A DNA stretch of 64,000 bases, taken from positions 127,028 to 191,027 of IMG/VR virus record IMGVR_UViG_3300032325_000466, one strand, 5' to 3'. Made by a program: the position numbers and the translations under genes. The DNA is from a virus. A model generated the notes under the pieces. That model did not search any database. It was given only the letters and a program-made list of their open reading frames with translations, and had not been told where the DNA came from. Positions 35,872 through 46,319 of the stretch are shown piece by piece; the first letter of the stretch is position 1; every line of letters starts with the position of its first letter.

Positions 35872-37031
35872 ATCTAACCGAGTCATTAGCTCAACTTAGG
35901 AATACAGTAGAGAATTTTTCTGCAACCAAAGAACCGTTAAGAGAAGCTAAAGGTCATTTAGATCATCCAGAAGATTTAATATTTTTAGAAGGACCAGTTG
36001 GTGCTAAACGGGCGGTAGATGCTATTGTAGCCACCGTTAAAAATCCAAAAACAGTTACTATTAAATGGGACGGATATCCTGCTTTAATATTTGGTCGTGG
36101 ATCTGATGGTAAATTTAGCATCATGGACAAGCACATGTTTAACAAAAAAGATGGTTCAGGCCGTTTAGTGCATAGCCCAGAAGAATTTGTACAGTATGAC
36201 CAAGCTAGGGGAGTAGATCGATCACAACTACACGCTCTTATCGCTGAGATATGGCCTGGCTTAGAAAAAGCATCTTCAGGTTCAAAAGGATATTATTGGG
36301 GAGACTTGCTATTCAGTCAACCCCTAGCAATAAAAAATGGGGTATATCAATTTAGAGCTAATCCAAATGGCATAACTTATACCGTAGATCCTGAAAGTGA
36401 TGTTGGTAAATTAATGACGGACAAAGTAGCTGGTATAGCAGTACATCAACAAATACCTGCTGATGCTATGAGTACTGATCAAGCTCAAACTCTGCAGGGG
36501 ACTATAGGTAATTTAAAGAACAATAGTGATGTAGCAATCGTGCCCAGCGCAATGCCAAATGCACCCGCTATCAAGTTAGACAATAAATTAGTAAATCAAG
36601 CAAATAAAGCTATAACTCAATCGGGAAATGCAGTTGAACAACTAATGAATACTGCCCCTCAAGCTAGAAATACATTTAACGGGTTATTTACTACTTACAT
36701 AAACAAGAAAATTGTAGCAGGTGATCTTAACAACTTAGTAGATGATTTTATGGATTATGTAGCCAGTAGACCAATGACTGATACTATGCGTAATAAAATA
36801 ATGACACATCTACAAAACAATACTGAGGGTATAATAGGCGCATTTACTATTTGGATAGCACTTTATCAACTCAAAATGAGTATAGTACAACAGTTAAACA
36901 CCGCTGCTGAAACAAGCCCTGTACAGGGATACTTACAAGATGGCACTCAAACACAAGAGGGTTTTGTAGCACAGGGTTTAAAATTTATTGATAGAATGGG
37001 TTTCAGTAGACAAAATTTAGCGGGTAGATAG
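35868..37031 (+). CDS. DUF6267-like protein with ligase-type nucleotidyltransferase motifs
   Basis: HLDHPED; KWDG (motif I), WGDLLF, QEGFVA, LKFIDR. Confidence 0.6.
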   Translation: MNLTESLAQLRNTVENFSATKEPLREAKGHLDHPEDLIFLEGPVGAKRAVDAIVATVKNPKTVTIKWDGYPALIFGRGSDGKFSIMDKHMFNKKDGSGRLVHSPEEFVQYDQARGVDRSQLHALIAEIWPGLEKASSGSKGYYWGDLLFSQPLAIKNGVYQFRANPNGITYTVDPESDVGKLMTDKVAGIAVHQQIPADAMSTDQAQTLQGTIGNLKNNSDVAIVPSAMPNAPAIKLDNKLVNQANKAITQSGNAVEQLMNTAPQARNTFNGLFTTYINKKIVAGDLNNLVDDFMDYVASRPMTDTMRNKIMTHLQNNTEGIIGAFTIWIALYQLKMSIVQQLNTAAETSPVQGYLQDGTQTQEGFVAQGLKFIDRMGFSRQNLAGR

Positions 37032-37107
37032 CCCAAAACCATGTTTTTTTGTACCTAGCATAAATAATAGTAGAGCTACAGGCTCATAAACTTAAAGGAA
37101 TTTTATC

Positions 37108-37530
37108 ATGGCACAATTTACAAGAACAAACGGTGATGCACAACCAGTATTCGCAACCGACGTACTAAACGGTTCACTACCACCAAGCACAGCCGCAAAT
37201 GGCACCACTACCAACTTCATGGGCCCAGGAATGCAGTTTTTTGGCATGGACCTAGGTGCTGCTCCAACTTCACAGTTAGGTGTTAGTGGCGCAATCTCAG
37301 CAGTATTACAGTGTATCGCACAATCCGCTACTGTAATGATCTATTCAGTTGCAGCTACATCAAATGTAACTAATATGTCAGTTGCTTCATATCCATTAGA
37401 TGGTTGGACAGCAGCCGATCTACAAGCAGCAATACGCGCACTAGGTACAGTAAACGGTTACGATCTATCAGGTGCAACAGTTACAAACGTAGGTTTCCGC
37501 CTAGCGTCTACAGCAACATCAGCATCATAA
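37108..37530 (+). CDS. Small virion structural protein
   Basis: TAAATA promoter, AAGGA RBS, own terminator; A/T/G/S-rich. Confidence 0.65.
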   Translation: MAQFTRTNGDAQPVFATDVLNGSLPPSTAANGTTTNFMGPGMQFFGMDLGAAPTSQLGVSGAISAVLQCIAQSATVMIYSVAATSNVTNMSVASYPLDGWTAADLQAAIRALGTVNGYDLSGATVTNVGFRLASTATSAS

Positions 37531-37546
37531 TATTTTATCATGCACT

Positions 37547-37578
37547 AAAAACCCTGGGTTTATTCTCAGGGTTTTTTT
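37547..37578 (+). terminator. Intrinsic terminator
   Basis: AAAAACCCTG...CAGGGTTTTTTT. Confidence 0.85.
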
Positions 37579-37596
37579 ACCTCTATAAATATAGCA

Positions 37597-38058
37597 ATGA
37601 GTTTTACAATAAGTTGCTATTCACTTTTCGATATTACCCAAACAGGTGTTCTTAATAGACATAAACCTGTCATGGATATGGACCACGCCGACTGGATCGT
37701 GAAAAGAAATACCCAATGTAATTTTGATACTGTGCTACAAGCTATCTCTTTAAGATCACAACCTGAAATATTAAATTTACCCAAACTAACTAAGATTAGA
37801 TTTGATGACTTCACCAATTTTGGTTTCTTATTTGAACAACAAGAAAATGAAGAATATAACTGTTGGACTTTTGATTTTAGCGTACAACATCCCAGTGTGT
37901 TTGATAATGGTATTGATGAATTAGGTGCCCTTTATGCAGACTGTGATAGAACACCCATGATCAAGTGTGGTACAGAATGGGAAAAATTACCCACATTCTT
38001 AGACTCATCTCCCGAATTAAGAAACATTTATTTTAAGGTATTGAATGATGATAACTGA
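37597..38058 (+). CDS. Hypothetical late protein
   Basis: TATAAATA immediately upstream. Confidence 0.75.
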   Translation: MSFTISCYSLFDITQTGVLNRHKPVMDMDHADWIVKRNTQCNFDTVLQAISLRSQPEILNLPKLTKIRFDDFTNFGFLFEQQENEEYNCWTFDFSVQHPSVFDNGIDELGALYADCDRTPMIKCGTEWEKLPTFLDSSPELRNIYFKVLNDDN

Positions 38059-38545
38059 TAGTATTGAACGCACCCTCTTACAAATGATAAATTCCAACGA
38101 TATAAAGAAACTACAGAGTTTTCTTATAACAGAAGAAGCTGGTAAATATCATTTATTCAATGATTATGTAATTGAAAAACAAAGTGATGATACTGTTTTG
38201 GTGTCAGTAAATAGACAATCAGTATCACAAATATTCTCTAATATTAAAAATGCTGTGGCTTGGTGTATTTGTAATAAAAGAAATAAATACTATGAAGCTA
38301 CCCGAATTGTAGAACTAGATAGAAGATTGATAGGGTTAGAAATGGACATAAAAATACATAAAAAGTTATTTTTAAAATCCAAAGAAGAAGAAATGAAATT
38401 GCTTTATTTTGACAAATTAACTGAAGATAAACTTAAGAAAACACATTTAACCGAATACTTGAATTCTTATATTTTAGAATCTACAAGATGGCAAAGAAAG
38501 CGTTTTGAGCAAATACAAAACATTAAACAAAAAGATAAATACTAG
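38045..38545 (+). CDS. Hypothetical protein
   Basis: 166-aa coupled ORF. Confidence 0.7.
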   Translation: MMITDSIERTLLQMINSNDIKKLQSFLITEEAGKYHLFNDYVIEKQSDDTVLVSVNRQSVSQIFSNIKNAVAWCICNKRNKYYEATRIVELDRRLIGLEMDIKIHKKLFLKSKEEEMKLLYFDKLTEDKLKKTHLTEYLNSYILESTRWQRKRFEQIQNIKQKDKY

Positions 38546-38567
38546 ATATTAGTCTTGGAATATAACT

Positions 38568-39284
38568 ATGAAACTAACTGATCTTGATAACAAACCCGTA
38601 ACTGTTGCTGCTAAAGCACTTAAAGAGCATTATGGCGTACCAATGAACATCGAAAGAATGCCCTATGGTAAAGCTAAAGCTATGCTACAAAAAGTTCGTG
38701 GCTTAATCGCAGAAACAAAGCAAACACGCAACTTCTATGAAAGCCAAAATAATCCAAATTATTTAAAAATGGTATTCATGGAGCAAGCACTATCAAAGCA
38801 TATTGCTCAATTTAGCTTTAAGCAACCAAGAATTGTGGTTGAAAACGAAGAAGTTGAAAAATCACAAGTTATCTTGGCCGCTCAGGATATGGTTGATTCT
38901 ATTCAGAAAATGTTAGAAGATACTAGTGAAATGCTAGTCAAAGAACTTCCCGCACTAGTAAATGGTGTTCAGGCAGAGATTGGCGTTAATGAAAGCGAAC
39001 AGTTTAACTCACAAACTAGCGAAGCTTTAACTTCACTTCAGGCGGCTCTTAACCAAGCTAAATCATCACTACAATCTGCACTTAATGAAATAACAGGTCA
39101 AGGCGGTGGCGCTGAGGCTTTTGGTGGGCAACCAAGCGAGCCAACAGATGTTAATGTTGATATTAATGCTGAAATGCCTCCAGAAGGTGGTCCTCCTGAT
39201 ATGGCAGCACCTGAAATGCCTGATCCAACTCCTGAAGAACCAGAAGAAGAGCCTGTTCCAGGCGCTGGCCGCACTAGACGATAA
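38568..39284 (+). CDS. Putative prohead core/scaffold-like protein
   Basis: Helical, acidic Pro-rich tail, IVVE|NE-type sites; late promoter. Confidence 0.5.
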   Translation: MKLTDLDNKPVTVAAKALKEHYGVPMNIERMPYGKAKAMLQKVRGLIAETKQTRNFYESQNNPNYLKMVFMEQALSKHIAQFSFKQPRIVVENEEVEKSQVILAAQDMVDSIQKMLEDTSEMLVKELPALVNGVQAEIGVNESEQFNSQTSEALTSLQAALNQAKSSLQSALNEITGQGGGAEAFGGQPSEPTDVNVDINAEMPPEGGPPDMAAPEMPDPTPEEPEEEPVPGAGRTRR

Positions 39285-39285
39285 A

Positions 39286-39615
39286 ATGCGTTTATACGAA
39301 TTCGAAAGTAGTCCCTTGGATGTTAGGCTAGTAGCTACTACTGCTCAACTGAAAAGTGATATTGACTCTAACAAGAAAAAGGGCGATTGGACTACTGAAG
39401 AACTATTGCAATTCTACAAGAACAATGATATAATTGTAGATAAGTCAGATTTATACGATATGATTAAAAGACCGCCCCTGAATAAGTACATTAGTAACAT
39501 TCAGGGTGATAAGGTAATTTTTAAAGGGCAAGCGGATGATGCAGTAGCGCCTGATGAAAAAGATAAAAATCAAGAAATCGTAAAGTCAATGGCTAACAAA
39601 GCAATGAAGAATTAA
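39286..39615 (+). CDS. Hypothetical protein, probable head protein
   Basis: True start MRLYEFE at 39286; track start 39106 overlaps the previous gene. Confidence 0.65.
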   Translation: MRLYEFESSPLDVRLVATTAQLKSDIDSNKKKGDWTTEELLQFYKNNDIIVDKSDLYDMIKRPPLNKYISNIQGDKVIFKGQADDAVAPDEKDKNQEIVKSMANKAMKN

Positions 39616-39941
39616 TGATAACTATCACCGAACTAGCCGCAAACAAAGTCAAACAAAATATAGAACGAAGAGGTAAAGGATTGGGTATCCAAATTGGTGT
39701 AAAAACTACTGGATGTTCTGGTCTTGCTTATGTTTTAGAATATGTAGATACACCGCCCATTACTAGAGATTGGATAACATACGAACGCTATGGACTTACT
39801 ATATGGGTCAAGGGTAGCAATATGCCATATATTAATGGGCTACAAATGGATTGGGTTCGCAATGGACTCAATGAAGGTTTTGAATTCGTCAATCCCAATG
39901 AAAAAGATCGTTGCGGCTGCGGCGAGTCATTTAGAGTATAA
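39615..39941 (+). CDS. iscA: Fe-S cluster assembly A-type carrier IscA/HesB
   Basis: TTGCSGLAYVLEY, EGFEFVNPNEKDRCGCGESF. Confidence 0.95.
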   Translation: MITITELAANKVKQNIERRGKGLGIQIGVKTTGCSGLAYVLEYVDTPPITRDWITYERYGLTIWVKGSNMPYINGLQMDWVRNGLNEGFEFVNPNEKDRCGCGESFRV

Positions 39942-39944
39942 ATC

Positions 39945-40661
39945 TTGTTAAATCTTAAATTCAATTATAAACCTATTCCCAAAGAAACGATTGGTGGTAA
40001 GCGACTATATGCTACCCCAGATGGACAAAAGCTTCCTTCAGTCACGACCATATTAGATGCTACTAAAAGTGACGAAAGTAAAAAGGCGTTACAAAATTGG
40101 CGTAATGCAGTAGGGCATGATAAAGCACAAGCGATTACTACAGAAGCAGCTAATCGTGGTACCCGTATGCATACTTATTTAGAAAATTACATCAAGACGG
40201 GCGAGTTAAAAGATCGAGGCACTAATCCCTTTTCTTGGCCCAGTCATGCTATGGCTCAAGTTGTAATCAATGAAGGCTTAAAAAATGTAAATGAATTTTG
40301 GGGAATTGAAATCCCTCTATATTTCCCTTCAATCTATGCAGGAACTACAGATGGAGTGGGTATTCATTTAGGTAATGAAAGTATCCTTGACTACAAGCAA
40401 ACCAATAAGCCTAAAAAACGCGAATGGATCGATGATTATTTCACACAGTTATGTGCATATGCTGAAGCACACAATGAATTATATGGAACTAAAATTTCCA
40501 AGGGCGTAGTTCTAATGTGTGTTAAGCCCGAAATCGACGCTAATAATCAAATCATCACGCAACCACAATATCAAGAATTCATATTAGAAGGTGTTGAATT
40601 TCAAAAATACCGTGATATTTGGTGGAAAAGAGTAGAGCGATATTACCAACAATTTTTATAA
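39945..40661 (+). CDS. PD-(D/E)XK exonuclease
   Basis: LPSVTTIL, RGTRMH, AGTTD, ILDYKQT, QLCAYA. Confidence 0.9.
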   Translation: MLNLKFNYKPIPKETIGGKRLYATPDGQKLPSVTTILDATKSDESKKALQNWRNAVGHDKAQAITTEAANRGTRMHTYLENYIKTGELKDRGTNPFSWPSHAMAQVVINEGLKNVNEFWGIEIPLYFPSIYAGTTDGVGIHLGNESILDYKQTNKPKKREWIDDYFTQLCAYAEAHNELYGTKISKGVVLMCVKPEIDANNQIITQPQYQEFILEGVEFQKYRDIWWKRVERYYQQFL

Positions 40662-40705
40662 CTTTCCTATGATAAATAAGTGTAATTATCTCAGAGATTA
40701 CACTT

Positions 40706-43498
40706 ATGTCTATCATTCAAATCAGCAAAATACAGCAGCGAGCAGGAAACCTAGTTGATCTTCCACAGCTAGATAATGCTCAACTTGGTTGGGCTACCGA
40801 TGCAAGAAGATTATTTATTGGTAGAGTTAGTGCTCCTTATGTTGATGAAAATGTAGAAGTAATAACTTCTTACTCTAATATCAGCTTTAGTCAAATAGTT
40901 GGTTCATATGGTGCCAATGTTAATTTTACCAATGCAGAAAATGGTCAAATACTAGGTATAGAAACTATTGGATCAGATACTTATGTGGTTAACAAGGGTG
41001 GAAACGCAGGTGGCCTAGTAACATTGGGAACAGTAAGCAATGTTAAAATTACAGGTGGTGCGATTGGTTATGTACTAGAAACTGATGGTACTGGTAACTT
41101 AAATTGGACTCCCAAAGGTTATGTAATAGCTAACATACAAGCATTATCTAACGCCACTCCAATCATAATGACTGTGGCTAATACTACACCATTTACAAAT
41201 GGTACTGATGTAACTATAACTGGTGTACAAGGTGCTAATGCAAACACTATTGTTAATAGTCAAGTTTTTTATGTAAAAGTAGCCAATGATTATCCTACTT
41301 CAGGAAATGTAGAACTTTACACTAACGCTGGATTAACCGTTCCCGCTGTTGGTACTAATTTAACTGCTACCCCAAATACAGGAACTGCAACTTTCCTAAT
41401 ATCATCTAGTGGAGGAACTGCTTCAGCAGGTGGATCACAGGGTTCAGTGCAATTTAATAACAGCGGTGTTATAGATGGTTCTTCTAATTTAGTTCTATCT
41501 GGTGCTAATTTAGACTTAGTAGGAACATTTACTGCGGGTAATATTTTTGCTAATTCGGGTTCAATATCTAGTGGAAATCTCGTAATAACAAATAGAATAA
41601 GTGCAGGTGGCAATATAACAGGTGGCAATCTAATTGGTATATTTGCAAATGGCACTAGTAGTATAAGAATTCCAACTGTTAATGGCAATATTAATATGGG
41701 CGCCGCAGGTAATACTACAGTGGTAGTAGTTACTGGAACTGGCGCTAATATAAATGGAACGCTAAGTGCTACCGAAACTGCAACAGCAAATTATTTCATA
41801 GCATCTAATAGCTTAAATGGATATTTTTTAGCTAATACTGGTACTACTGTAGGAAAAGTATATGAAAACGGCAACATCATTAAGTTAGAGGCCAACCCTG
41901 CTAACTATGGCGTAGCACTAGCAGCCAATGGTAGAGTACAGTTAAGCTTTGACGCCAATGGATATGGCGCTGTTGGTGCAAGTGGTGGTACTACTGGGTA
42001 TGCACTACGAATAGCAAAAAATACTACTGGTGCTACTACTGCAGGTTCAATATTAATAAACCCTACCGTTCAAACAGATGTAACCGCACTGGCCTCAGGT
42101 ATCAGAGTTTCATTAAATACCGCATCCAATTCCGCACCCTACACTATTACTAATTTAGTAGGCTCTGGGGTATATGGTGGAACATATGGTGCAAATACTA
42201 CGGTAACCAATCAATTTGGATATTATGTAGATTCCACAATGACAGGAGCTACCAATGATTATGCTTACTATAGTGGTCTAGCAGCGGCAACCGGTGTTTG
42301 GAACCTATATATGGGAGGTACTGCCAATAACTATATGGCAGGTAATCTTGGTATTGGCACTACATCACCAACCAGCACATTGACTGTAGCCGGCACTTTA
42401 AGTGTGTCAGGTAATACCAATATTGGTGCTAATTTAAGTACAACTGGCTTAATAACAGCAGGCGGAAATATAACTGGTGCTAATTTAATAACTACGGGAT
42501 TATTGAGTGTAGCAGGCAATGCTAATGTAGGTTATTTAGCAGTGAATAGACAAGATACAGGATCCGAAGGTGGTCAATTACAACTAAACAAAGCACTAGA
42601 CAACAATCCTGCTTGGTACATGGATGTTTATGGCAACACCGGTTCACCTATTTTAAGATTTTTTAATGGGGACGGACAAGTTCGCTCACAATTAGATTGG
42701 AATGGACAGTTATTAGTTAATTCACTTACTGCAACAACTGGACAAATTACTCCTACAGCGGGCTCGGGCGGTGCCGGTATTATATTTCCCCCTAATCCAG
42801 GCGGAGGCAGCGGCGACTTCGCTGCTATACAATATTATCCATATAATGGAGAACAGACGGTACTAGCATTAACTGTTAGAAACGATACAGATGATTTAAT
42901 TCAACTTGATGCTAGTGGTGGTACAGCCGTACTGAATTATCTTACGGTATATGGTGGAGAAAATGTTACCGGGCAGCTAACAGCAGGCTCTATGGTATCT
43001 ACTGGAACTATTTCAACTTCTGGATCTATTATTGGCGGATATGTACAATCTACTGGAACTGTGCAGGGTGCGTATGTATATTCGACTGGCGAGATCCGAG
43101 CGGGATCCAATTTGATTACTGATGGTGGTTCAGTATATGCTAAAGGTTATCGTGTTTCTTATTATCCTCAATCGGGTTATATTGGGGGACAGTTTACTCC
43201 TCCCAAATCACCCTTTGGCGGCATTTATGAACCTTCCGGAGGATGGCGGCAGGGGGGAGCAGCTTTTGGTATCCAAGGAGCATATGTATATCCTCCTGAA
43301 GGATTTTCAATTACTAACTTTGCTGGTGGTATAGTGTCTAATCAACAAACTGAGTTCAGAGGCGATGTTGACGGTAATGATACCCTTGTAGCATCGTTTT
43401 CTGTTAATTACGGAGAGGGAAGAATTGAATTAGTATTTGGTGATACTGAGACAAGGGGAAATCCTTTCGCTCTTTATATGTTTTGGTGGTCTGTATGA
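40706..43498 (+). CDS. Tail fibre / receptor-binding protein
   Basis: N-terminal IQQRAG...LPQLDNAQLGWATD..RLFIG anchor; G/N/T-rich beta repeats; GNLGIGTTSP; followed by chaperone. Confidence 0.8.
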   Translation: MSIIQISKIQQRAGNLVDLPQLDNAQLGWATDARRLFIGRVSAPYVDENVEVITSYSNISFSQIVGSYGANVNFTNAENGQILGIETIGSDTYVVNKGGNAGGLVTLGTVSNVKITGGAIGYVLETDGTGNLNWTPKGYVIANIQALSNATPIIMTVANTTPFTNGTDVTITGVQGANANTIVNSQVFYVKVANDYPTSGNVELYTNAGLTVPAVGTNLTATPNTGTATFLISSSGGTASAGGSQGSVQFNNSGVIDGSSNLVLSGANLDLVGTFTAGNIFANSGSISSGNLVITNRISAGGNITGGNLIGIFANGTSSIRIPTVNGNINMGAAGNTTVVVVTGTGANINGTLSATETATANYFIASNSLNGYFLANTGTTVGKVYENGNIIKLEANPANYGVALAANGRVQLSFDANGYGAVGASGGTTGYALRIAKNTTGATTAGSILINPTVQTDVTALASGIRVSLNTASNSAPYTITNLVGSGVYGGTYGANTTVTNQFGYYVDSTMTGATNDYAYYSGLAAATGVWNLYMGGTANNYMAGNLGIGTTSPTSTLTVAGTLSVSGNTNIGANLSTTGLITAGGNITGANLITTGLLSVAGNANVGYLAVNRQDTGSEGGQLQLNKALDNNPAWYMDVYGNTGSPILRFFNGDGQVRSQLDWNGQLLVNSLTATTGQITPTAGSGGAGIIFPPNPGGGSGDFAAIQYYPYNGEQTVLALTVRNDTDDLIQLDASGGTAVLNYLTVYGGENVTGQLTAGSMVSTGTISTSGSIIGGYVQSTGTVQGAYVYSTGEIRAGSNLITDGGSVYAKGYRVSYYPQSGYIGGQFTPPKSPFGGIYEPSGGWRQGGAAFGIQGAYVYPPEGFSITNFAGGIVSNQQTEFRGDVDGNDTLVASFSVNYGEGRIELVFGDTETRGNPFALYMFWWSV

Positions 43499-43893
43499 TT
43501 GATAAAATGAAATCTAGTTTATATGTAATCTATGATACTGAAATAAAAAGTATCAATTTCTCTTCCTGTAGAGTAAATCCATTAGATCATTTAATACAAG
43601 TAGAATGTACTGAAATTGATAAAGCTAATTATTTTGCAGGTACTCACTATTTTGACGAAACTCTAAAGAAAGTAGTAAGTAAATCCAAACCAGTTTTAGA
43701 TCAAATAAAGCAAAAACAAGATACTGTTAGAAAAAATAAAACTTTACTTAAATTTTTAGCTGATACTGATTGGAAAATTCTAAGACATATTAGAGAAAAA
43801 GCTCTTAATTTACCCACTACTCTAAGTGATAGTGAGTACATTGCTTTAGAAAAATCTAGGCATGATGCGGCAACAGAGATTACTAAAGATTAA
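43495..43893 (+). CDS. Tail fibre assembly chaperone-like protein
   Basis: FLADTDWKILR...R..A pattern directly after the fibre. Confidence 0.65.
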   Translation: MIDKMKSSLYVIYDTEIKSINFSSCRVNPLDHLIQVECTEIDKANYFAGTHYFDETLKKVVSKSKPVLDQIKQKQDTVRKNKTLLKFLADTDWKILRHIREKALNLPTTLSDSEYIALEKSRHDAATEITKD

Positions 43894-43922
43894 AGATAAA
43901 TACAATAATAGGAATTTTTAAA

Positions 43923-44483
43923 ATGGCATCATACGCATATACAGCAAGTTCATCAGTAGCAGCATCAGCAAATATTGCTACTGATAAAGTACAAATAGCG
44001 ACTACAAGTAGTCCTATTCAATATACTACTAGTTTTCCAAATGTAGCACTAACTGGAACTATAACCGCTGCCACTAATAGTGCAACCATAACAGGTTCAG
44101 GTACTGCCTTTTTATCACAGCTAAATGTTGGTGCATGGATCGGCAACACCACAGGAGCCACAATAGGTATCATACAGTCAATTGGTAACAATACAAGTTG
44201 CACACTAACTGCTAATGCCGCAGTAGCTGTTGGCTCAGGTGGAACAGCAAGATACAATCCATATGGTGTTCCATATACTGTAGCTAATGCTAATTCAACA
44301 ATCATCCCTGCCAATACAATTAAAAATAGCATTATCGTAGGTCAGGGTAATATAGTATCATTCTTAGAAGTAACTGGAGTAACATCAGCACCATTTACTA
44401 TAACAGAATTGGGCATGCCACATGCTAATACAGGTACTACTGGTGTATTACCTACCCCAAATCTAGGCGGACCTACAACTTAA
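43923..44483 (+). CDS. Virion structural protein
   Basis: Late promoter; T/A/G/N-rich. Confidence 0.65.
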   Translation: MASYAYTASSSVAASANIATDKVQIATTSSPIQYTTSFPNVALTGTITAATNSATITGSGTAFLSQLNVGAWIGNTTGATIGIIQSIGNNTSCTLTANAAVAVGSGGTARYNPYGVPYTVANANSTIIPANTIKNSIIVGQGNIVSFLEVTGVTSAPFTITELGMPHANTGTTGVLPTPNLGGPTT

Positions 44484-44514
44484 TTTTACCCACATAAGAT
44501 AAATAGTTCTATAC

Positions 44515-44567
44515 ATTCTCATAGGGAGAATTTATGCAGTACCCACTGCGTAGCGGCTAGAACCCGC
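44515..44567 (+). promoter_or_regulatory. Three-hairpin 5' leader downstream of a late promoter
   Basis: ATTCTC/GAGAAT, TATGCAGT/ACTGCGTA, GCGG/CCGC stems. Confidence 0.5.
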
Positions 44568-44589
44568 CAATCTAATTAAGGAAAAACAA

Positions 44590-46002
44590 ATGGGACGTCC
44601 TCTAAAAATCGCAAAGGCTCAAGCAGTCTTAACAATCACTGATACAGCACAAACAGGCAGTATCGTTACCGTAACACAAAATCTAACTACTTCACCAACT
44701 GTTGGTGTAACATTAGGTATGCCATTCCAAGTAGATACCACAGTAGGTGGGCTAACAGCAGGTGTTACATATTATATTAACTCAATCTTATCAAACAATA
44801 CTTTTGATGTATCAGCTACTCAACTAAGCGTTCAACCACAAGTTATGGCTACTCTGACTGATACTACTGGTCAATCAGTTAGTGCTTCAGTTAATGTAGT
44901 GGATTATGGTTTCAATAATCCAGACAATTCTAATACTTCTGCACCAACTGGTTCTAATGAATCATTTGGTGTTGTAGGTGGCAATACCGCAATCGTTGGC
45001 CCACAAACAACTATCACCGTTGCTATTGGTCGTAGCGGTGCAGGCGTAATTTACGGTGACACTGGTAATTTGAATATTTATGGTGCCGGCACAGATTTTG
45101 CTAACACTCTATCAGTTGGATCTGCTCTTCAAGTTGCTATTCCAAACGGACCTGGTTTCACCACTGATACTAATATTGGGTTCGTTGATACAAATACAGG
45201 TTATATCACTGTTGCAGTGGCTAATACAAATGCTACAGGTAATGTTATCCGCACTTCAGGTAATGCCCAAACTCTATTCGTTGGCGCACCAGTAGTATTC
45301 GATGCTAGCACAGGCGGTTTAGTTGCAAACACAGTATATTTCGTTGATACAATCGCTAACGCTAGCGCATTTACCGTAGCTACAACTCAGTATGGTCCAC
45401 AGAAAGCAGTTATTACTGGCACCACAGTATCAAATGCTACTATAGATGTAACAGTATTAGCTGCTACTCCACCAGCAAACTTTACAGGCGCAACATATGT
45501 TTATGCAAATGACGAAGCAGGCTTTATTGTTCGTCAAAAAGGTAAAACAAAGTATCTAGCTACTGGTTTATCAACTGGCTTAACAGCACCTTGCTATACA
45601 GCTAATATAACAACTTCAGCATTAACACCAAATACACTAAGTATTGTTGCTACATATGCGGATGCTAGCACTGCGTTTGTCTCAAGTCTAAACGATTATC
45701 AAACTCAAGTATTCCCAACACAAGTCGCTGATGGTTCATTGACTCCTGGTTCACTATACACAATTTACTATTCAGGTGACACAAACTGGACAGCAATTGG
45801 TGCAGCGTCTAATATGACAGGCGTTACATTTACTGCGTTATCAGCAGGTGGTTCTGGAACAGGTACTGCAATATTAGCTCAGTCATCTGGTGAGACAACT
45901 TCTCAGGAAAATCCTGATGTAATTTCATCATTTAATACTGCATATGCTGCTAATACATTCCCTGGACAGCCTAACCCAGTAGTAACAATTAGCAACGCAT
46001 AA
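44590..46002 (+). CDS. Virion structural protein (MGRPLK N-terminus)
   Basis: Strong RBS, late promoter, beta-sandwich-like repeats, IVRQKG motif. Confidence 0.7.
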   Translation: MGRPLKIAKAQAVLTITDTAQTGSIVTVTQNLTTSPTVGVTLGMPFQVDTTVGGLTAGVTYYINSILSNNTFDVSATQLSVQPQVMATLTDTTGQSVSASVNVVDYGFNNPDNSNTSAPTGSNESFGVVGGNTAIVGPQTTITVAIGRSGAGVIYGDTGNLNIYGAGTDFANTLSVGSALQVAIPNGPGFTTDTNIGFVDTNTGYITVAVANTNATGNVIRTSGNAQTLFVGAPVVFDASTGGLVANTVYFVDTIANASAFTVATTQYGPQKAVITGTTVSNATIDVTVLAATPPANFTGATYVYANDEAGFIVRQKGKTKYLATGLSTGLTAPCYTANITTSALTPNTLSIVATYADASTAFVSSLNDYQTQVFPTQVADGSLTPGSLYTIYYSGDTNWTAIGAASNMTGVTFTALSAGGSGTGTAILAQSSGETTSQENPDVISSFNTAYAANTFPGQPNPVVTISNA

Positions 46003-46004
46003 AA

Positions 46005-46319
46005 ATGAATAATCGAGTTACTATGACCCCTGCTCAAAAAACAGATACCGACATTGCAGTCTTACAAGTGCAAGTTGGTAATGTTGAAGAAAAAGTAGCA
46101 GAGATTAAGGTAGATTTGAAGGAACTGCATGATTGTATGGATCGTCATGCAGAGTCTTATCAAACTATGCTTAAAAAATTTCATGAGGAAAATGTAGCAG
46201 AACATAAGTCTCTATCTAGTAAGATTTCAGTTCTAGAAAAATGGCGTTGGATGATCATGGGAGCAGGTATAGTATTAGGATCGTTGGGATTTGAAACTAT
46301 ATCTAAGTTGTTTAAATAA
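46005..46319 (+). CDS. Coiled-coil protein with C-terminal TM helix (XhlA/holin-like)
   Basis: Heptads then WRWMIMGAGIVLGSLGF. Confidence 0.5.
   Translation: MNNRVTMTPAQKTDTDIAVLQVQVGNVEEKVAEIKVDLKELHDCMDRHAESYQTMLKKFHEENVAEHKSLSSKISVLEKWRWMIMGAGIVLGSLGFETISKLFK

Noticed and set aside
39106-39285. Track start of the 169-aa ORF
   Set aside because: It overlaps the previous gene by 180 bp in another frame; ATG 39286 (MRLYEFE) directly follows that gene's stop.
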